64,000 bases of DNA from Trichoplax sp. H2 (lineage: Eukaryota). The position numbers were made by a program, and so were the translations under genes. The notes below the pieces were generated by a model. The model saw only the letters and a list, made by a program, of their open reading frames with translations, did no database searches and had not been told where the DNA came from. Each line of letters starts with the position of its first letter. The first letter of the stretch is position 1. Positions 40,760 through 54,969 of the stretch are shown here, one piece after another. The stretch is from the NCBI GenBank assembly GCA_003344405.1, contig NOWV01000270.1, forward strand, positions 1 to 64,000, written 5' to 3'.

Positions 40760-43700
40760 ATGTCTCCAGAGGAAGCTGATCGAAAACGCAAGCGTATGGA
40801 TAAAAAAAGTGGCAAACATGGACGTAAATATACATCCAGATTGGTTTATAAATACAGCAGTCATTGTAAGGTATAGTCACAGCAATGGTCAGTTGATAAC
40901 ACTTGTAATTTCAATCATCGGCACCTATACTAATCCAATTCATTGCATACACTATTGACCTTTTATTGGCTTGTAATCAATCAGTTCATGTTGTAGTCAA
41001 TATCCTACATCGATGAGTACTTTTGCTAGTGGGTGCTAGGAGATGGAATCAGCCAGACGTGTTACTTATTGTAGCTCCTTGTATCATTATTGTTCCTTGT
41101 AGGAAGAACATGGCAAGCCACTCTTTGGTGTTCATTTTAATTATTCTTATAGCCATCCTGATGATTCCAAGATATTTGCATCAGTGGGAGCCAATAAGGT
41201 CGAGTCAATAAGCGATTCAAACCATAATCGTTTCTTACCAACTGTTCTGCTTCTACTAGTGATGCTATTTTGATTCAATCTATTATCCACGACGGTTTAC
41301 AGTATCCAAACGATGCCTTCATAACGCCATGTACAGCTGTATAGGTGTAGAGCTATCAATATCAGCTAATGTTGCAATCCAGATGAATAGATGATGATAT
41401 TGTATAATGTACAAGATGTCTCTATAAAGTAGATCCCAATGGCCGATCACTTCCTAGAAAAGGATATCGCCCTGTTTCTATAGTCGAGTCTGCACGTATT
41501 AGAAACCGATGCTACAGTGGGCAATCAAGCCAACTTGATAATCACTTTCGATAAATGTAATGATTTGGTCACATCACTATCATATTGCCTATGGCAATCT
41601 TGTGTTAAAATCCACCTCAATGGATGATACTTTTCTTGAATGTACAGTACAACCCTCTTCATGTTGCTACAGTCGAGTCTATTGCATTTGCACGACAAGC
41701 TTACCTTAATCCAACGTAAAGACTTGCTCGATGTAGCGGTCCAATCAAACAACTGTCAATTACGATAACATATCGGACACTAATAAATCCATTCATCAAT
41801 GGAGCTCTCATTCATTGATGTAAGATTAAACTATGCCTGATCCTATTTTTTATTTTAGGTTTCAATATATCAATGCACTGATGATGGTAGAATTAAGTTA
41901 CTCCAAGCTTATACCGATCCTGACGTATCCGTATAACCAATACATATCTCCAAAATGATCTTATTCTCAGTACAATTACTCGTTATACTATACTGACAGT
42001 TGATAGCAAATATAAAAAGAATAGAAACAACTTATTGACATTACAAAACGGACAACAATGCAAAAAATTGGGTTTGCAAATACTGTGCAATCATTGCTGA
42101 GTTGTCTGCGTATGTAAACCTTTTATCTAAAGCTATTTATGAGCTGTACTTATTCTAACTCAATGTAATGGAACTAGTTTTCATCATTCCATGATACTAT
42201 ACTATTGAAAATTAATTTTATTTTGTATTTGAAGATCAAAAATAGTTACACTTTTGTAGAATTGAATTAATAAGGGTAGCAGCTATGGTCTCCTGATTTT
42301 AGTTATAGTCTTTCCAAGTTATTCATTACATAGAGTTAGTGTAAAATCACTTTCAATTGATTGCAGATGACGATTTATAAAATCATCACTTATTCTCTGG
42401 TGCATTAATTATTATTTAATTTTAAGTTTAAAAAACAATTGATCAAACTTAACCCTTAACGTGCGTTTTAGCCAGAAGAAGATTTCTATACTTGTGCCTG
42501 GTCTTACCTTCACAATACATCTGAATTAATTTTGGCTATTGCAGGAGCTCGAGGCGTTATTAGAATTATTAAGTAATTCCATAACTCATCATCACTAATT
42601 ATATATTTGTAATGCAGTCAAACAACACAATCTGAGTTGTATGCAACGAAGATAAATATGGTACTGTATGTCATTTATCTTCAATCTTTTCTTTTATTGC
42701 TCTTATCACAGCGCTGCTACTACCGTTTGCATTAAGGTACCAAATAATGTACAAATTGATTATCGTATTATTGATCCTATTTACGCACTATTGAATGTTT
42801 CAAATTAAAGTATTCAATTTTCCATAGTGTTATCCAGGCCAAGGAAATGCCATTAATGAGCTTAAATTCCATCCTTTGGATCCTAATATTTTAGCTTCAG
42901 TTGGAAAAGGTATGATTGCCACTAGGAAATTGGTCCTGTACTATACCCGTTTATGCTAACTTTCATTAATGCATGAATAAATAGGATGCTATTATGTCAT
43001 GATTAAATGACGTATAGCGTAGCTTAACAGACTTTTACAAAGTCTTATATACTGTATACTTAACTTTATTATTACGAAATAGATCATTTAATTCATTTGT
43101 GGAATATTAAGAATGATACATGCATTGCCATTTTTGGTGGAATTGACGGTCACCGAGATGAAGTCTTGAGTGTTGTATGATATACTTACTGCAGTTAAAC
43201 AACAGTTTATTCCATTGATTTGTTGAACGTGTATCGCTTACTATAAGAAACTTGTTATTTTTAGGATTTCGATATTTTGGGAAAAAAAATAATCTCTTCT
43301 GGAATGGATCATTCTATAAAAATGTGGACGTTGGAATCGGAAATACTAGAAGAGGTCAGAGCATGCTTTCATGAATGCTTAATCGTTTATGCTAACGATT
43401 ATGTATTCTATGATTGATAGTATCACCTTACTGCCATGGCTATAATGCTATTTAGATCATTAAATACAGTACATTTATCCCTATTAGACTATCAAGAAAT
43501 CCTATGAATATAATCCTGTGACTGCGGATAAGTAATACAATCGGACATTTCGTTATCCTTTTGACTTTCAATTATGCTAAGATACAAATATAAATGTTTT
43601 ATAATTGTAATTTTTTGTTCACATCTTCTATAAATAGGTCGTTCAAGATCCTTTACGTAGATGAGCCACAATTTTCTACTCGCGATATTCATCGGAATTA

Positions 43701-44579
43701 TATTGACTGTGTTAGGTGGTTTGGCAATCTAATATTATCAAAAGTAGGTGGCATGTTATAACAGTAAATATGTGTAGACTTTACGGTAGTTACATATGGC
43801 TAAATAAACTTTTATCCAATTCTTAATTCGTATAATGTTCTATCCATGATTTGTAGTCCTGTGAGAATTCCATCGTCTGTTGGCAGCCGACGTGTCTGAC
43901 GGAGAAGCTCAATCCGAATATTAAGAAGGTTCGCTTACAACCTTTCTTTGCTATTTGAAAAGTTATTTAACAGTTCATTGTTCTCGAATTCTGTTAGGCA
44001 ACGCCCTTAGATAATTTAGTTATGGTCCATCGGTAAGTTACTATCGCAATAACTGTTTATTGTCTGGGAGAAGTTTATACTTATAGGAACGAAATTGTTT
44101 TGAACGTTCTAGGTTTGACTATAATCAATGTGACATCTGGTACCTCCGATTTTGCTTAGATTATCAACAAAAGGTTATAATTTACAGTAATGATATCTGA
44201 ACATAAATTGCGATTGCACATATCTTGATCGTTCGATTTAATTATATAATTTGATGTAAGCTTAATAGCTGTATCATCTCCAGCAAATACAGATATAAAG
44301 AATATGTAATTTGATAAGATTAATATTTGTTTGGATAAAAATCCAACTTTACCTAAAGACATTTTATCATGTCAATAGACATTAGCTGTTGGAAATCAAG
44401 TTGGGAAGGTATTCTTATGGGACTTGGAAAACGAAAATTTAAGTCAGCATCGTGCTGTTGTTTTATCACATCCGAAATGTTCTGCTGCCATTCGACAAAT
44501 AGCTATTAGCCGTGACGGCTCTTGCTTGGTTCATGCTTGCGATGATGGAACTATCTGGCGATGGGACAAAAAGATGTAG
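40760..44579 (+). CDS. EED: Polycomb PRC2 WD40 subunit EED/ESC, about 13 exons (start codon uncertain)
   Basis: Exons: 40760-40870 ..YKYSSHCK; 41103-41198 [21 protein letters not shown]; 41859-41924 LLQAYTDPD; 42472-~42572 [115 protein letters not shown]. Confidence 0.95.
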
Positions 44580-45088
44580 AGTCTTGCTTGTATATTAGTT
44601 ACCATTTGAATGACACTTTGCCGAGTATCCCATAGTAACTGATGTTGCTAATTTTACTCTTATTCATATTTCGAATCCCCTCCAAAAATTGAATTTATCG
44701 ACATTGTATATTATCCTACCAGACTTGAAGTTGAATATTTTATATAGCTACTGTTTGGTACAGGCTTTTAAAAAATCTTGAAAACCTACTCGTACAACTT
44801 TCGACTCCCTATAATCTTATATCCGTATGATCGTCTCATTTTACTGAGTAGCAGCATATAAGATTACTTGCTGCCTTTCATTACAAGATAACTTTAAACT
44901 TTCAGTTAAAAATTTATTGTGATCAGTTATGGAACACAAAATGTAATATATATATATATACATAGCATCTTGTACAGCGGATTAGGGTACGTGCAATAAC
45001 CTTTAACGATTCAAAACGACTGTAGTATCATATGCTTTGAAAATACTCAATATATACAGCATTGCTTTCGTGTATAAAGAGCTATGAA

Positions 45089-48061
45089 TTAAAATAAACC
45101 GATTTTAACTTTTCCTTCTTTTGCCAGAGGCACAAAGTATTTAAGTAGCAACTGCGTAATGTCTTCTCGAATCTATTACAAATACAGCAACACAAATTTG
45201 ACTAAGTATCCTTAATAAGTCTAAAACTATTCTGTAGGTGGTATATTTCAATTATGCGTATTGCAATGGACTAACCTCGACAATATCAAGCAAGCGCCTC
45301 TCCTTTGCATCGCGATAATTCCAATCCAATATGACGTACTTTAATTTATCTAACTTTAAGGCATCTGCACGTCCGGTAACAAAAATGTTTGTTTAGTTTA
45401 TAACGCTAAAGCAGTTCACGAAATCGGTTCAAGATGTGTAAAATGTTATTAGATATTCAATCTATACTGTTAACTTTCATATCTAACCTTCAGTAACTAA
45501 TTTATGCACTCTGTTTGGAGTTGCTACGGCAAAATGTACTTTTCCCTTTAGCAATTCTACATGTTGATGCAACTAGAAAGCAATACCCAAATACTAAATT
45601 TCCTTCATCATATAAAATAATTCTAATAAATTGCTTTAATACAAACCTTAAAATGTTTAGCAAATAACTTAATTGTGCAACATTTTCCTTTAAATTCAGT
45701 GGACGCCCTATTTTATAATTTAAAAGCAGATTAGCTTATGGTATCAGGCATTGAAAACTAGACAGGTAACATCGCTACGCTCGATACTTTGTACCTGTTT
45801 AAATCAACAGCTCGACTAGCAGAAGAGGTAATTACAAGAAGTATGGGGCTTCCACCTGTACCTTTATATTTCTTCACATCCCTTTTCCACTGTGGGATTA
45901 CTATAGCAAGTTATTAAAGTGTAATCAATTGCAATCGTTCCTCATTAACAAGTCTATCAACTGTCGGAAAACAGAAATAGTACCGTGTTTAAGATATGTA
46001 GACAGCGAATCCGGATGTCCAGATTGAGATTTCGGTTCTTCAAGAAAGCTAGATTCTGAGGTAGTAAAGAAAAGGTTACAGTCGTTCATTTTCGTAGAAT
46101 ATGGGCGGATAACTTATGCCTCAAGCTTCTACCAAGTTATCAGTTTAACGATTGCGCTTGTAAAGGCTGTTAAAAGCCCCGATTATAAAGCTCAAGACTA
46201 ATTAGTGCAAGACTTATTAAGAATAAATGCTAATTTATAAGTAAAAAACATCCTTGGTTCAATTTAACAAGTTGTAGTCTATAAATTCACTGTCGTATTA
46301 CCGCTTAATTTATAGTCTTCCGCTTCAATAGGCGTCAACTTTGCAGCATTGCATAATGCAGTTAGCAACTGGTTGTCTTTGTTTCCATCACTAGTAGTAT
46401 CGCTTTTAAACTAGAAAGAAAGTGAATTATAGTATTGAATGACGATTTAGATACATTACTCATAGCTTAAAGTTTAACGCTTCTGTAATATGCGAAGTCA
46501 TACATTAGATCCAAGATTATGTAGGATAACGATCACACGCGATATGCAGATGACTCAGAATAAGGTTTAGGTTTATTGCAAGGACACGCTACAGGATCGA
46601 GATCGATATCCCGAGATAGTTATGTAACATCGGCATGTATTATATCAGAAGCAATACTATTGAACAGTCTTATTCTGTACTTAGGCTACCTTACTACGGT
46701 ACGTATCCTTTGCAACTACAGTGCTTCGTATTATAATAATCATAGTCCTTATCTACTTTACATAGTCGGTGTTACTACACATATCACAGCTTCTACTTCA
46801 GGTTTTCAACGGTTACAAATCTAGGTAAATAATCAAATATCTTACGCATGATAGCATACCTTCTTCTTGCGCTTTTTTGCTTTACTTTTAGTTTTTCCCG
46901 TTGACACATCTGAGATTTTGTTGTCATTGGCAGTATTCTTCTATATGAAGTAAAACATACATTTACAACTAGCACAAAATTGGCTTCGAGCATTATATTT
47001 ATTTCTCGATATGAAACGATTCTATTTATAGGCACATATGTGTTTGAGCTATCCTGACGATACGTTCACTATATTAACTGCTTGAGAACTGAGATTTTGT
47101 ATTTTTGCTTGTATTTTGTGTTACAGCTAATGTACTAATGACAGACTATTAAGACTACATCTTCTACTTCTATACAGTTATTATAGTGTCTAGGAAAGAA
47201 TAAAAGCGATACACAGGTCGAAAAGGTAGTTTCATTAGCTTTGCTAATATGCCAATTAATGATAACTTATACTCCGTTATTCACTGCAAGAACGTTGCGT
47301 AATACAGAATTAAATATAAGCTAGAAAATAACTGTAGTGTCACTGATTCAAATATATGAAAATAAATGTAGACATCGAATTATTATACTAACACTGCCAA
47401 TCAACTCGGTCTGGGTATATCGTACTGTACAAGTGACAAATGGCAATCTTAACATACTGTATGTATCGTAGTAAGCTGCAGAGAACCTGTGAAGGCGCAA
47501 GGAAATTATGGCATTGCAAATGACTTACAACTCATTAAAGTAGAATCGTAAGCATATCACACGCGAGGCAATTAACCGTCTGTGATTATGAGTATTAAAA
47601 TGTTCAATCTTACGGTGCATCTTGCTTGCATTTATACTATATAAGATCTACTGTACATCATCTACAATGTAGATTTCTATTTATTAGTCTTGAATGCATA
47701 TTTATTGCTGAGTACACGTTAATATAGCTTACAACAGGAAACGTTTAACTGTTAATACTACAGCAATTGCAGTTGATAGTTAGCGCTAATAACCTTTCAT
47801 TTCGTGCTATAGACAAGCAAACCTATGCAAGCTATTGCAACTAGAAGACAGCTATCTCGTAGCTGGTAACACATGCAACATAGCTATCGGAATCATAATT
47901 TGCATCAAGTCATTATCCCTATTAGCCACCTGTGCATTGCTATCCTCTGTTTCGGTAGTTTCTATCGTGTTACTATTTCCCTCATCGGGGCCATTATTCA
48001 GCCACCAATCTCCATCATCCATGGCATCAGCACTAGCTAACTTTCTTTTCCTGTGGGCCAT
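45089..48061 (-). CDS. CMSS1: CMS1/CMSS1 ribosomal small-subunit biogenesis protein (degenerate DEAD-like), multi-exon
   Basis: N-terminal ADAMDDGDWW; exons GSPILLVITSSASRAVDLNR (~45900-45796), IKLFAKHFK, HFAVATPNRVHKLV, ALKLDKLKYVILDWNYRDAKERRLLDI, last exon ..GKVKIGLF* (stop at 45089). Boundaries of the 5' exons are uncertain. Confidence 0.85.
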
Positions 48062-48697
48062 GTTGTTCCTATCGATAATATGGCTAACACCAAGTCTGTC
48101 CAAGGCTGATTTGGCAGCAGAAGCAAATCTGTTTTACCTGCAAGATTGCAAATCAGCTGCAGTAGTCGCATGCAGAATTTGTGCGAAAAAGGCTGTCAGC
48201 TTCTTGACCACTCTTGCGTATCAGAAGTAACTATGTTGTCATAGAAACGAGGTAAGAAGGTGACACATAATTGACACATACTTAAGACTACCACCTAAAC
48301 TCTCACGGTCTTTAACACCGTATAACAACTGCAGTCAAATCCTTAAAACGTATCACACACATGGCACAGTGTACAGCTAGTGTATTGGTAGACTACTTTC
48401 ATGAAGGAGGAAAGGCGTCATAAACCAACGCGTGCGCAGTATTCACTCTTACCTCCTAATTTGTATTGCTAGGTTACGCTAACAACAAAAATTGATTTGA
48501 TAGGATTACATAGTATAGAGTCTCATATATGTTATACTGTTGTAGAAGAACATCCAGAAGGACGCAACATCATTCCTCATCAACTATCCTGCGTTAAAGG
48601 TCGAAAATTAATACAGTTTAGCCCTTACTGAAGCAGAGCTGTAAAGAAAAGCACCTTTCAATCGAAAATCATATTTATATCCGTTAAATTCTACAAG

Positions 48698-49830
48698 ATG
48701 ACGACATATAGAGTGAGTAAAACACATATTGACATCTATCCAAGCTACTGTATTATTGAAGTAGGGACGATTGATAAACTTAGAAATTTTAATAAATAGA
48801 AACTCTATCGCATACTCTAGTAATTTATAAAATAGGATCGTACGGTATCAAAGAATAAGATATCCCACTTTTAACATTGTAAAATACGATTAACAAAGTC
48901 AAATGTCAGCTATAAGGATACATGCAAGAGATACAGTTTAACATAATTTTTTGCTTGACTGAGTAATTTGAGATCTACCCTTACGCTATTCTGCTGGAAA
49001 ATACTGACAACTAGCAATCCAAGAAACTGTAATGGAGAGGAGCGATTCCATTTTAATGTACTATAAATTCTCACGAATTACAAAATAAGATTATACAGCA
49101 TCAAATGAATATATTTGCGCTGTGATTGTAAATGTGTACGTTTAAAGCAAACATTGTTTGCAAATGACATACGAGGATTTAAATTTACCATGATTTTGTT
49201 CAAAGTGATAGATTAAGCTTTGTGCTGCAATTATATCTAAAGTTTTCAACAGTCATTCCATAGAATATCATGCTGAGTGATTTAAAAATATAATGCTTTT
49301 ACTGATTTTGAACTTATGGCTATATGATTTACAGGCTGCCGATTCTAAACGCGAAGAATTCAGAAAATACTTAGAAAAGGCAGGTGTATTAGACTGCCTC
49401 ACTAAAGGTAAATTCATATAGCGTAGGATAAATAGGAAAGCTATGAACATTGTAATGACTATTGACTATGACCAAGTTTGAACTCATTTTATATTCAATC
49501 CTTACGATAAAGTACTGGTTACTCTATATGAAGAACCTGAAAAACCAAATGATGCATTGGACTTTTTAAAACAACACTTGCACGGCGGTCCTCCCGAAAC
49601 AAGCGATGTAGAAGCATTGAGATTAGAGAATGCAGAATTAAAACAAAAAAACAATGCTTTACAAGAAGAAGTCAACGAGCTTAAATCAAAGGTAGACATC
49701 GATTATCTTGGAATTATAGATTGAAATTCAAAGTTGTTAATTTTAACTTAAGAAGTTTAAAATTAAATGGCTCAATTATTATGTTTTACTCTTACAGCTT
49801 GCAGAATACGAGAATAATACGGAAGAATAA
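48698..49830 (+). CDS. MYCBP: c-Myc-binding protein (AMY-1); exons 48698-48712, 49335-49407, 49513-49691, 49798-49830
   Basis: MTTYR|AADSKREEFRKYLEKAGVLDCLTK|VLVTLYEEPEKPNDALDFLKQHL..LRLENAELK..ELKSK|LAEYENNTEE*. Confidence 0.95.
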
Positions 49831-52793
49831 TTCTTCTTTCTACGGTTCGATAAACAATCATAAATGGTACACCGCTAAAGAACTGTAATGACGCCATTAC
49901 CGTGGTTATTGACTGCGCTTGAGAATATATGTACTTTCAACTATACATAATCTTACTCATGCTTATATTGCCATACAATTCATATAAATATTTTATGTTT
50001 GAATGAAGATATCATTTAATATTACTTGATGTCAATGTAATGTTATCTTGCGATTCCTTATCTTTTTAACCAACTGTAACAATGTTACTGTGCGTGATTC
50101 TATTATTAGAATTAAGGTATGCACCATTATTCAACAGTAGGCATTTAGTTATAAGTGTAATGTAATTAGTCATTTCATAACATTTCATCTCCTAATTATG
50201 TAAATTTGATACAACATAATATGCAGATTAAATTGTTAATAAATCAAACTATAAGTTGAGGTTGTTTTAACAATTAATTGTTAGTTTACGCAAGCAATAC
50301 CAAGGGGCGTTGAAGGTAAAGATAATTTTTATTCTTTGTTAATTATACATACATTGTAGATTATTAATACGAATTGAGTTAATTTTAAATATTTCAAATC
50401 AGTTGCAATTGCTATTTGAGACTGTAAAGTGTAACAATTATGTTGCAACGGCTCATGGACTCGCATCTACTATACATCAAGTATTCAAATAGATGACTCT
50501 ACTACTAGCTGTGCGTAATAGCCACCGTAGCAGAGGCATATAGAGGTAGTTAGGGTGAATTGACCAATCTGCTGCTAATTCTAAATTGCAAAGGTACTGG
50601 ATTTAATAGAATTATGCCTCATTTAATTATAAATGGGAGAACATTAATACATACTTAATACAGTAGGCATTAATTATAAGGCAAAAACATGATCCCTAAG
50701 TCATTCATATGATCTATTTCATATAGATCTACAAATAGTTAGCATGACCTGGTTGGCGTGACAAATTAAAAGAAAATAATTTTATACCATTTTCAGGATG
50801 CGCTAAAACACCAGTAAACTATTTTATGACAAATCTACCAATTCAGTAGGTCGGAAGCTTTATGATAACGTCTTGTCATCAATGGATATGAGTGCTCAGT
50901 TTTCTTTCCCATAATAAGCATAAATGTATATCAAGTATATTGCTGATGGTATGCTTGAAAATATCCTTCATTTCCTTCCTGTATTAGCTGTTCAACTCGT
51001 ATATTCACAAAAGAGTAACGATTATTGATATTAATCGCCTTTTACCTTACTTTCCTGCATTAGCTGTCATGCTTATTTATGCACGTGTACTTGTCATGGC
51101 AAATTTACTAAATTGGTAATTTTATTAAATTCTTATATAAAATTCTATAACTCTTAGTGCTAGAGACCGAGTTCGAAAGCAAATGGGTAGGCTAGTGTTT
51201 AATTTTATTTATTTCAAATGCGAAAATCTTGAATTTTTTTGTAGTACGAGGTTTATCTTGTAGTTCCTTTAGGGTTAGAGATGTGGAGCAGGTGTAGAAG
51301 GTCAGGGCTTAGTTTTCTTATGAAAAAAAGGTAGAAAAAAATGAAGTCAATTTACCGCAACATATTCACAGGATTGTCACGTACTGCCAGCAGATTCTAA
51401 GTAATAATCTCCTTTATGCTTGTACTGCCTATAGATTCATCTGTCATCTCAACCGGAACTCCTCGCGTAAGCTATCAAGTAATAATCAGCATATATAATC
51501 AAAGGAAGAAGTTCATGTAGTCTATCATAGATCCGATTTCAAAGTATTTTTGCTGAGTTTGCAGTTGTGGCAATGTTATTAGCTGTCCCAGATGAAGCAC
51601 ATTAGTCTTGAAACCGTATAATGATAGCGTAAGTTTGCGTTGTATACTTTTGCTTACTGTAATAACAAAGTACCAGCTTGTAAATAATTATTAGCCAAGT
51701 TTGGCATATGATGGCATGCCACTACTTGCAAGCCCTGGAAAATACGTTTGTGCAGGTAGCTTTAGAAGTTTAAAATTTTTCCATTAGTTATATTTAACTA
51801 AGAACAGAGCTGTGAATAATGATATCTTTACACATTTATTTACTTTCGCTGATGTTGCACCTGCAATCTCCTAGCACCTTTCGTATCATCAGCATCGAAT
51901 TTATCTGGGAGATATATTGCACGTCTCGAAAGTAAACTATGCAATTAAGTAAAATGCTCAATTTTGGGGAGGAATAAAAATAGTCTGCATGACTATCATT
52001 GTTGCAGTGTGCAACAGACTAGAGTAGGTTGGCTACGCCTAGAGGTAAGAACTAGATCTCTTTACCATGTGTGAACAGGAAAAGAAGTCGCCAGACTAGT
52101 CTAGTCGTCGAGCTTAATTCATTCAACTAGAGTACTGCACTAGGGAGAGTCATGAACCCATTGCATGACTCACAATATTATAATATAATAATTAATTAAG
52201 GAGTAACAGATTTTAAAACCAGCTGGAAATCAGCTGTGCTCCATGTCCTCTCATTAAGCCCGTCTGGCCGCCGGCCAGTGTACAGTATGTCTGTATCCTA
52301 GACTACCGTCGACCTCAGTATTTCCAACGACTAGCTAGTAGCTGCATGGGAGAGTTTATTATTCAAGTAATGCAATAATTATTTATAATCATAATATGAA
52401 TATGGACGACTTTAGCGTTTCCCTTTTCGACACATACTGTACCATCGTCCACCATCATGCAACAATCCTCCTTGCCGTAACCACGACTACTCTATATGTC
52501 AACAGTACTACAGACGTCCTGTAGTCTGAAGTACAGTACAGCTACTCTAGTAATAGTAATGTCTTAGTCACAGTCTATCAACAGCTCGATTGACGACGCG
52601 TCTTATATGATAAGTAGTTCAGTTTACGTCCGTCTGTACAGGGTGTCCATTTTTCTCCTACTGGACCGTATCGAGTCCGGCTGGGACTACTGAAGACATC
52701 TCGCGAACTTTATTTCTCCAGCGTTAAAAATTAGTTTACCAATCTGAGTTAGCTGGAAGAATTGTTCTCTATCGTGTTGCAGAAGGAGAAAAA

Positions 52794-53870
52794 ATGGCTG
52801 AAGGAGGTGATGCAACAGTAGTGTTAGTGACAGGTGCGTCGGGTTTCGTTGCTACCCATGTCTGCTATCAACTCTTACAGAAAGGATATAAGGTTCGAGG
52901 GACAGTGCGCGATCCTAGCAATGAAAAGAAATGTAAACCATTACGAGAATTATGCCCAGATGCAAAATATCCCATCGAATTAGTTCGTGGTGAATTATCC
53001 GAGAAGGAATGCTGGATAGAAGCGGTGAAAGGCTGCCATTTTGTCGTCCATATCGCTTCGCCTTTCCCACCTGGAAGTCCCAAGGATGAAGATGAAATTA
53101 TCAAGCCTGCTGTTAATGGTACTCTCAGTGTTTTAGAAGCTTGTGCTCAATCGGGTACTGTCAAACGGGTTGTTTTAACCAGCTCTGTAGCCGCCATTTC
53201 CAATGGTTTCCTGTGGGAAACAGGTCGATTGTATAATGAAAAAGATTGGACCGATCCAAGTCAAGCTGCACCTTACGAAAAGAGTAAAACATTAGCTGAG
53301 AAAGCTGCATGGGATTTTATAGAGAAATTACCTAGCGAGCAAAAATTCGAATTAGCCGTGATTAATCCAGTTCTTGTACTTGGACCTGTAATGCAAGGCT
53401 CCAATTGTACAAGTATGGAAATACCCATGCGTCTGTTAATGCGGCAAATGCCAGCAGTGCCCAAGTTAAATTTCCCCATTATTGATGTACGTGACTTAGC
53501 AGCTGGCCACATTGCTGCCTTAACTTCGGATAAAGCCGCTGGCAATCGACATATTATGGTCTCGGAGAATATGTGGTTCGCAGAAATTGCCAAAGTATAC
53601 GCCGAAGAATTTAAATCACAAGGTTATCGTGTACCGACCTTGGTCTCACCTAACTGGATCGTTCGTTTAATGGCGTTAACCGATCCAGCCCTTAAGATGG
53701 CTACTAAAACGCTCTCACGAATTGGCACTTATGATACTACGCAAGCCAAGGAACACTTAGACATGAAAACAAGACCAGCTCGAGAGACAGTCATTGATAT
53801 GGCTTATAGTTTAATTGAGCGCGGTTTTGTACCTAAAACTGCGAAATATACCGGACCTAAGAAAGCTTAA
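52794..53870 (+). CDS. NAD(P)-dependent extended SDR (aldehyde reductase / dihydroflavonol-4-reductase-like), copy A
   Basis: 358-aa uninterrupted ORF with VLVTGASGFVA Rossmann motif, HIASP, VLTSS and catalytic YEKSK. Confidence 0.93.
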   Translation: MAEGGDATVVLVTGASGFVATHVCYQLLQKGYKVRGTVRDPSNEKKCKPLRELCPDAKYPIELVRGELSEKECWIEAVKGCHFVVHIASPFPPGSPKDEDEIIKPAVNGTLSVLEACAQSGTVKRVVLTSSVAAISNGFLWETGRLYNEKDWTDPSQAAPYEKSKTLAEKAAWDFIEKLPSEQKFELAVINPVLVLGPVMQGSNCTSMEIPMRLLMRQMPAVPKLNFPIIDVRDLAAGHIAALTSDKAAGNRHIMVSENMWFAEIAKVYAEEFKSQGYRVPTLVSPNWIVRLMALTDPALKMATKTLSRIGTYDTTQAKEHLDMKTRPARETVIDMAYSLIERGFVPKTAKYTGPKKA

Positions 53871-54969
53871 AACCGCTTGCAAACGGAAATGGACCTGCAG
53901 CGGTGAACGCCTTTTATTTCTTATTACAACAAAAATTATAATGACCACTATATTTGCTTACATATGTTTATATTGTCAAAAATAAGGAATTACTTTCTAC
54001 TTTCTCAGCGGTGCCTACTGCATGATTTGAGCCGAATGTGCCATGTTTGTCAGTTCGTCAATACGAGTTGATTTCTTGCATTCAAGTAAAATGTTCAACA
54101 CTTTTGCCAAATAAAAAAACATTCTGAATGACTATCGTGATTCCAGTGTTGAATATACTTTACTAGAGTAGGTTGGCTACGCCTAGAGGTAAGAGCCGTA
54201 TCTATCTGTTACTGTGTGTGAGCAGGAAAAGAAAGTCGCTAAAGTAAAGTAGTCCAGTCGTCGAGGTTAACTCCAGCAGTGCCCTTGGGAGGGTCATGAA
54301 TCCCATTGCATGTAAATAACGAATTCATTAATGAGTGACAGATTTTACAACCAGCTGGAAACCAGCTGTGCTCTATGTACAGTACTGTAAAGTATGTCTG
54401 TATCCTGGGCTATCGTTGACCTCAACATTTCCAACGACTACCTACACGGAAGAGTTGATTATTTCACTTAGTCATAGAATAACATGGACGACTTTGGCGT
54501 TTACCTTTTCCACGTCTCCAAGCTATCGTCCGCCATCGTCCATCCAGCCTTCCTACCGTAACGCATCTTGTGCATTGTACAATGCCCATACGCTGTTGAT
54601 GTTTGTATAGTAGTGTAATGAGCCATTTGACCGTCCAACTACGACAGCGTATACAATCCAGTCATGTATGGGTAGCACAGCCAGCGTCTGTACCAGGAGT
54701 ACCTACTACTCGAGCACGTGACATGCGACGACTGAGTTCGCTCGCGCAGGCGTGTTGTGTACACCGGCGAGTTTAGTTGTCATCTAGAAGGACCTAACCA
54801 ACCCGAGGATTTTTACCCTCCCTGGCTTTAAAACTAATGAAAATAGTAGTTTGAAGAGGATTGTTGCCAGCAGATTGATCGGAGATCCATTTTCAAGCGT
54901 TCAAAATTAGTTGAACAATTTGAATTGGCTAATAGAATTATTCTTTATCGTGCTGAAGAAGGAGAAAAA

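Noticed and set aside
52782..52812. Shine-Dalgarno-like AAGGAG and AAGGAGGTGAT around the SDR ATG, hinting at bacterial transfer
   Set aside because: The second motif is just E-G-G-D codons, a spliced 5' UTR is likely, and the family occurs in invertebrates. Only a phylogeny could support transfer.
54925..54969. 15-aa N-terminal extension of SDR copy B
   Set aside because: It starts at TTG; the ATG at 54970 matches copy A.
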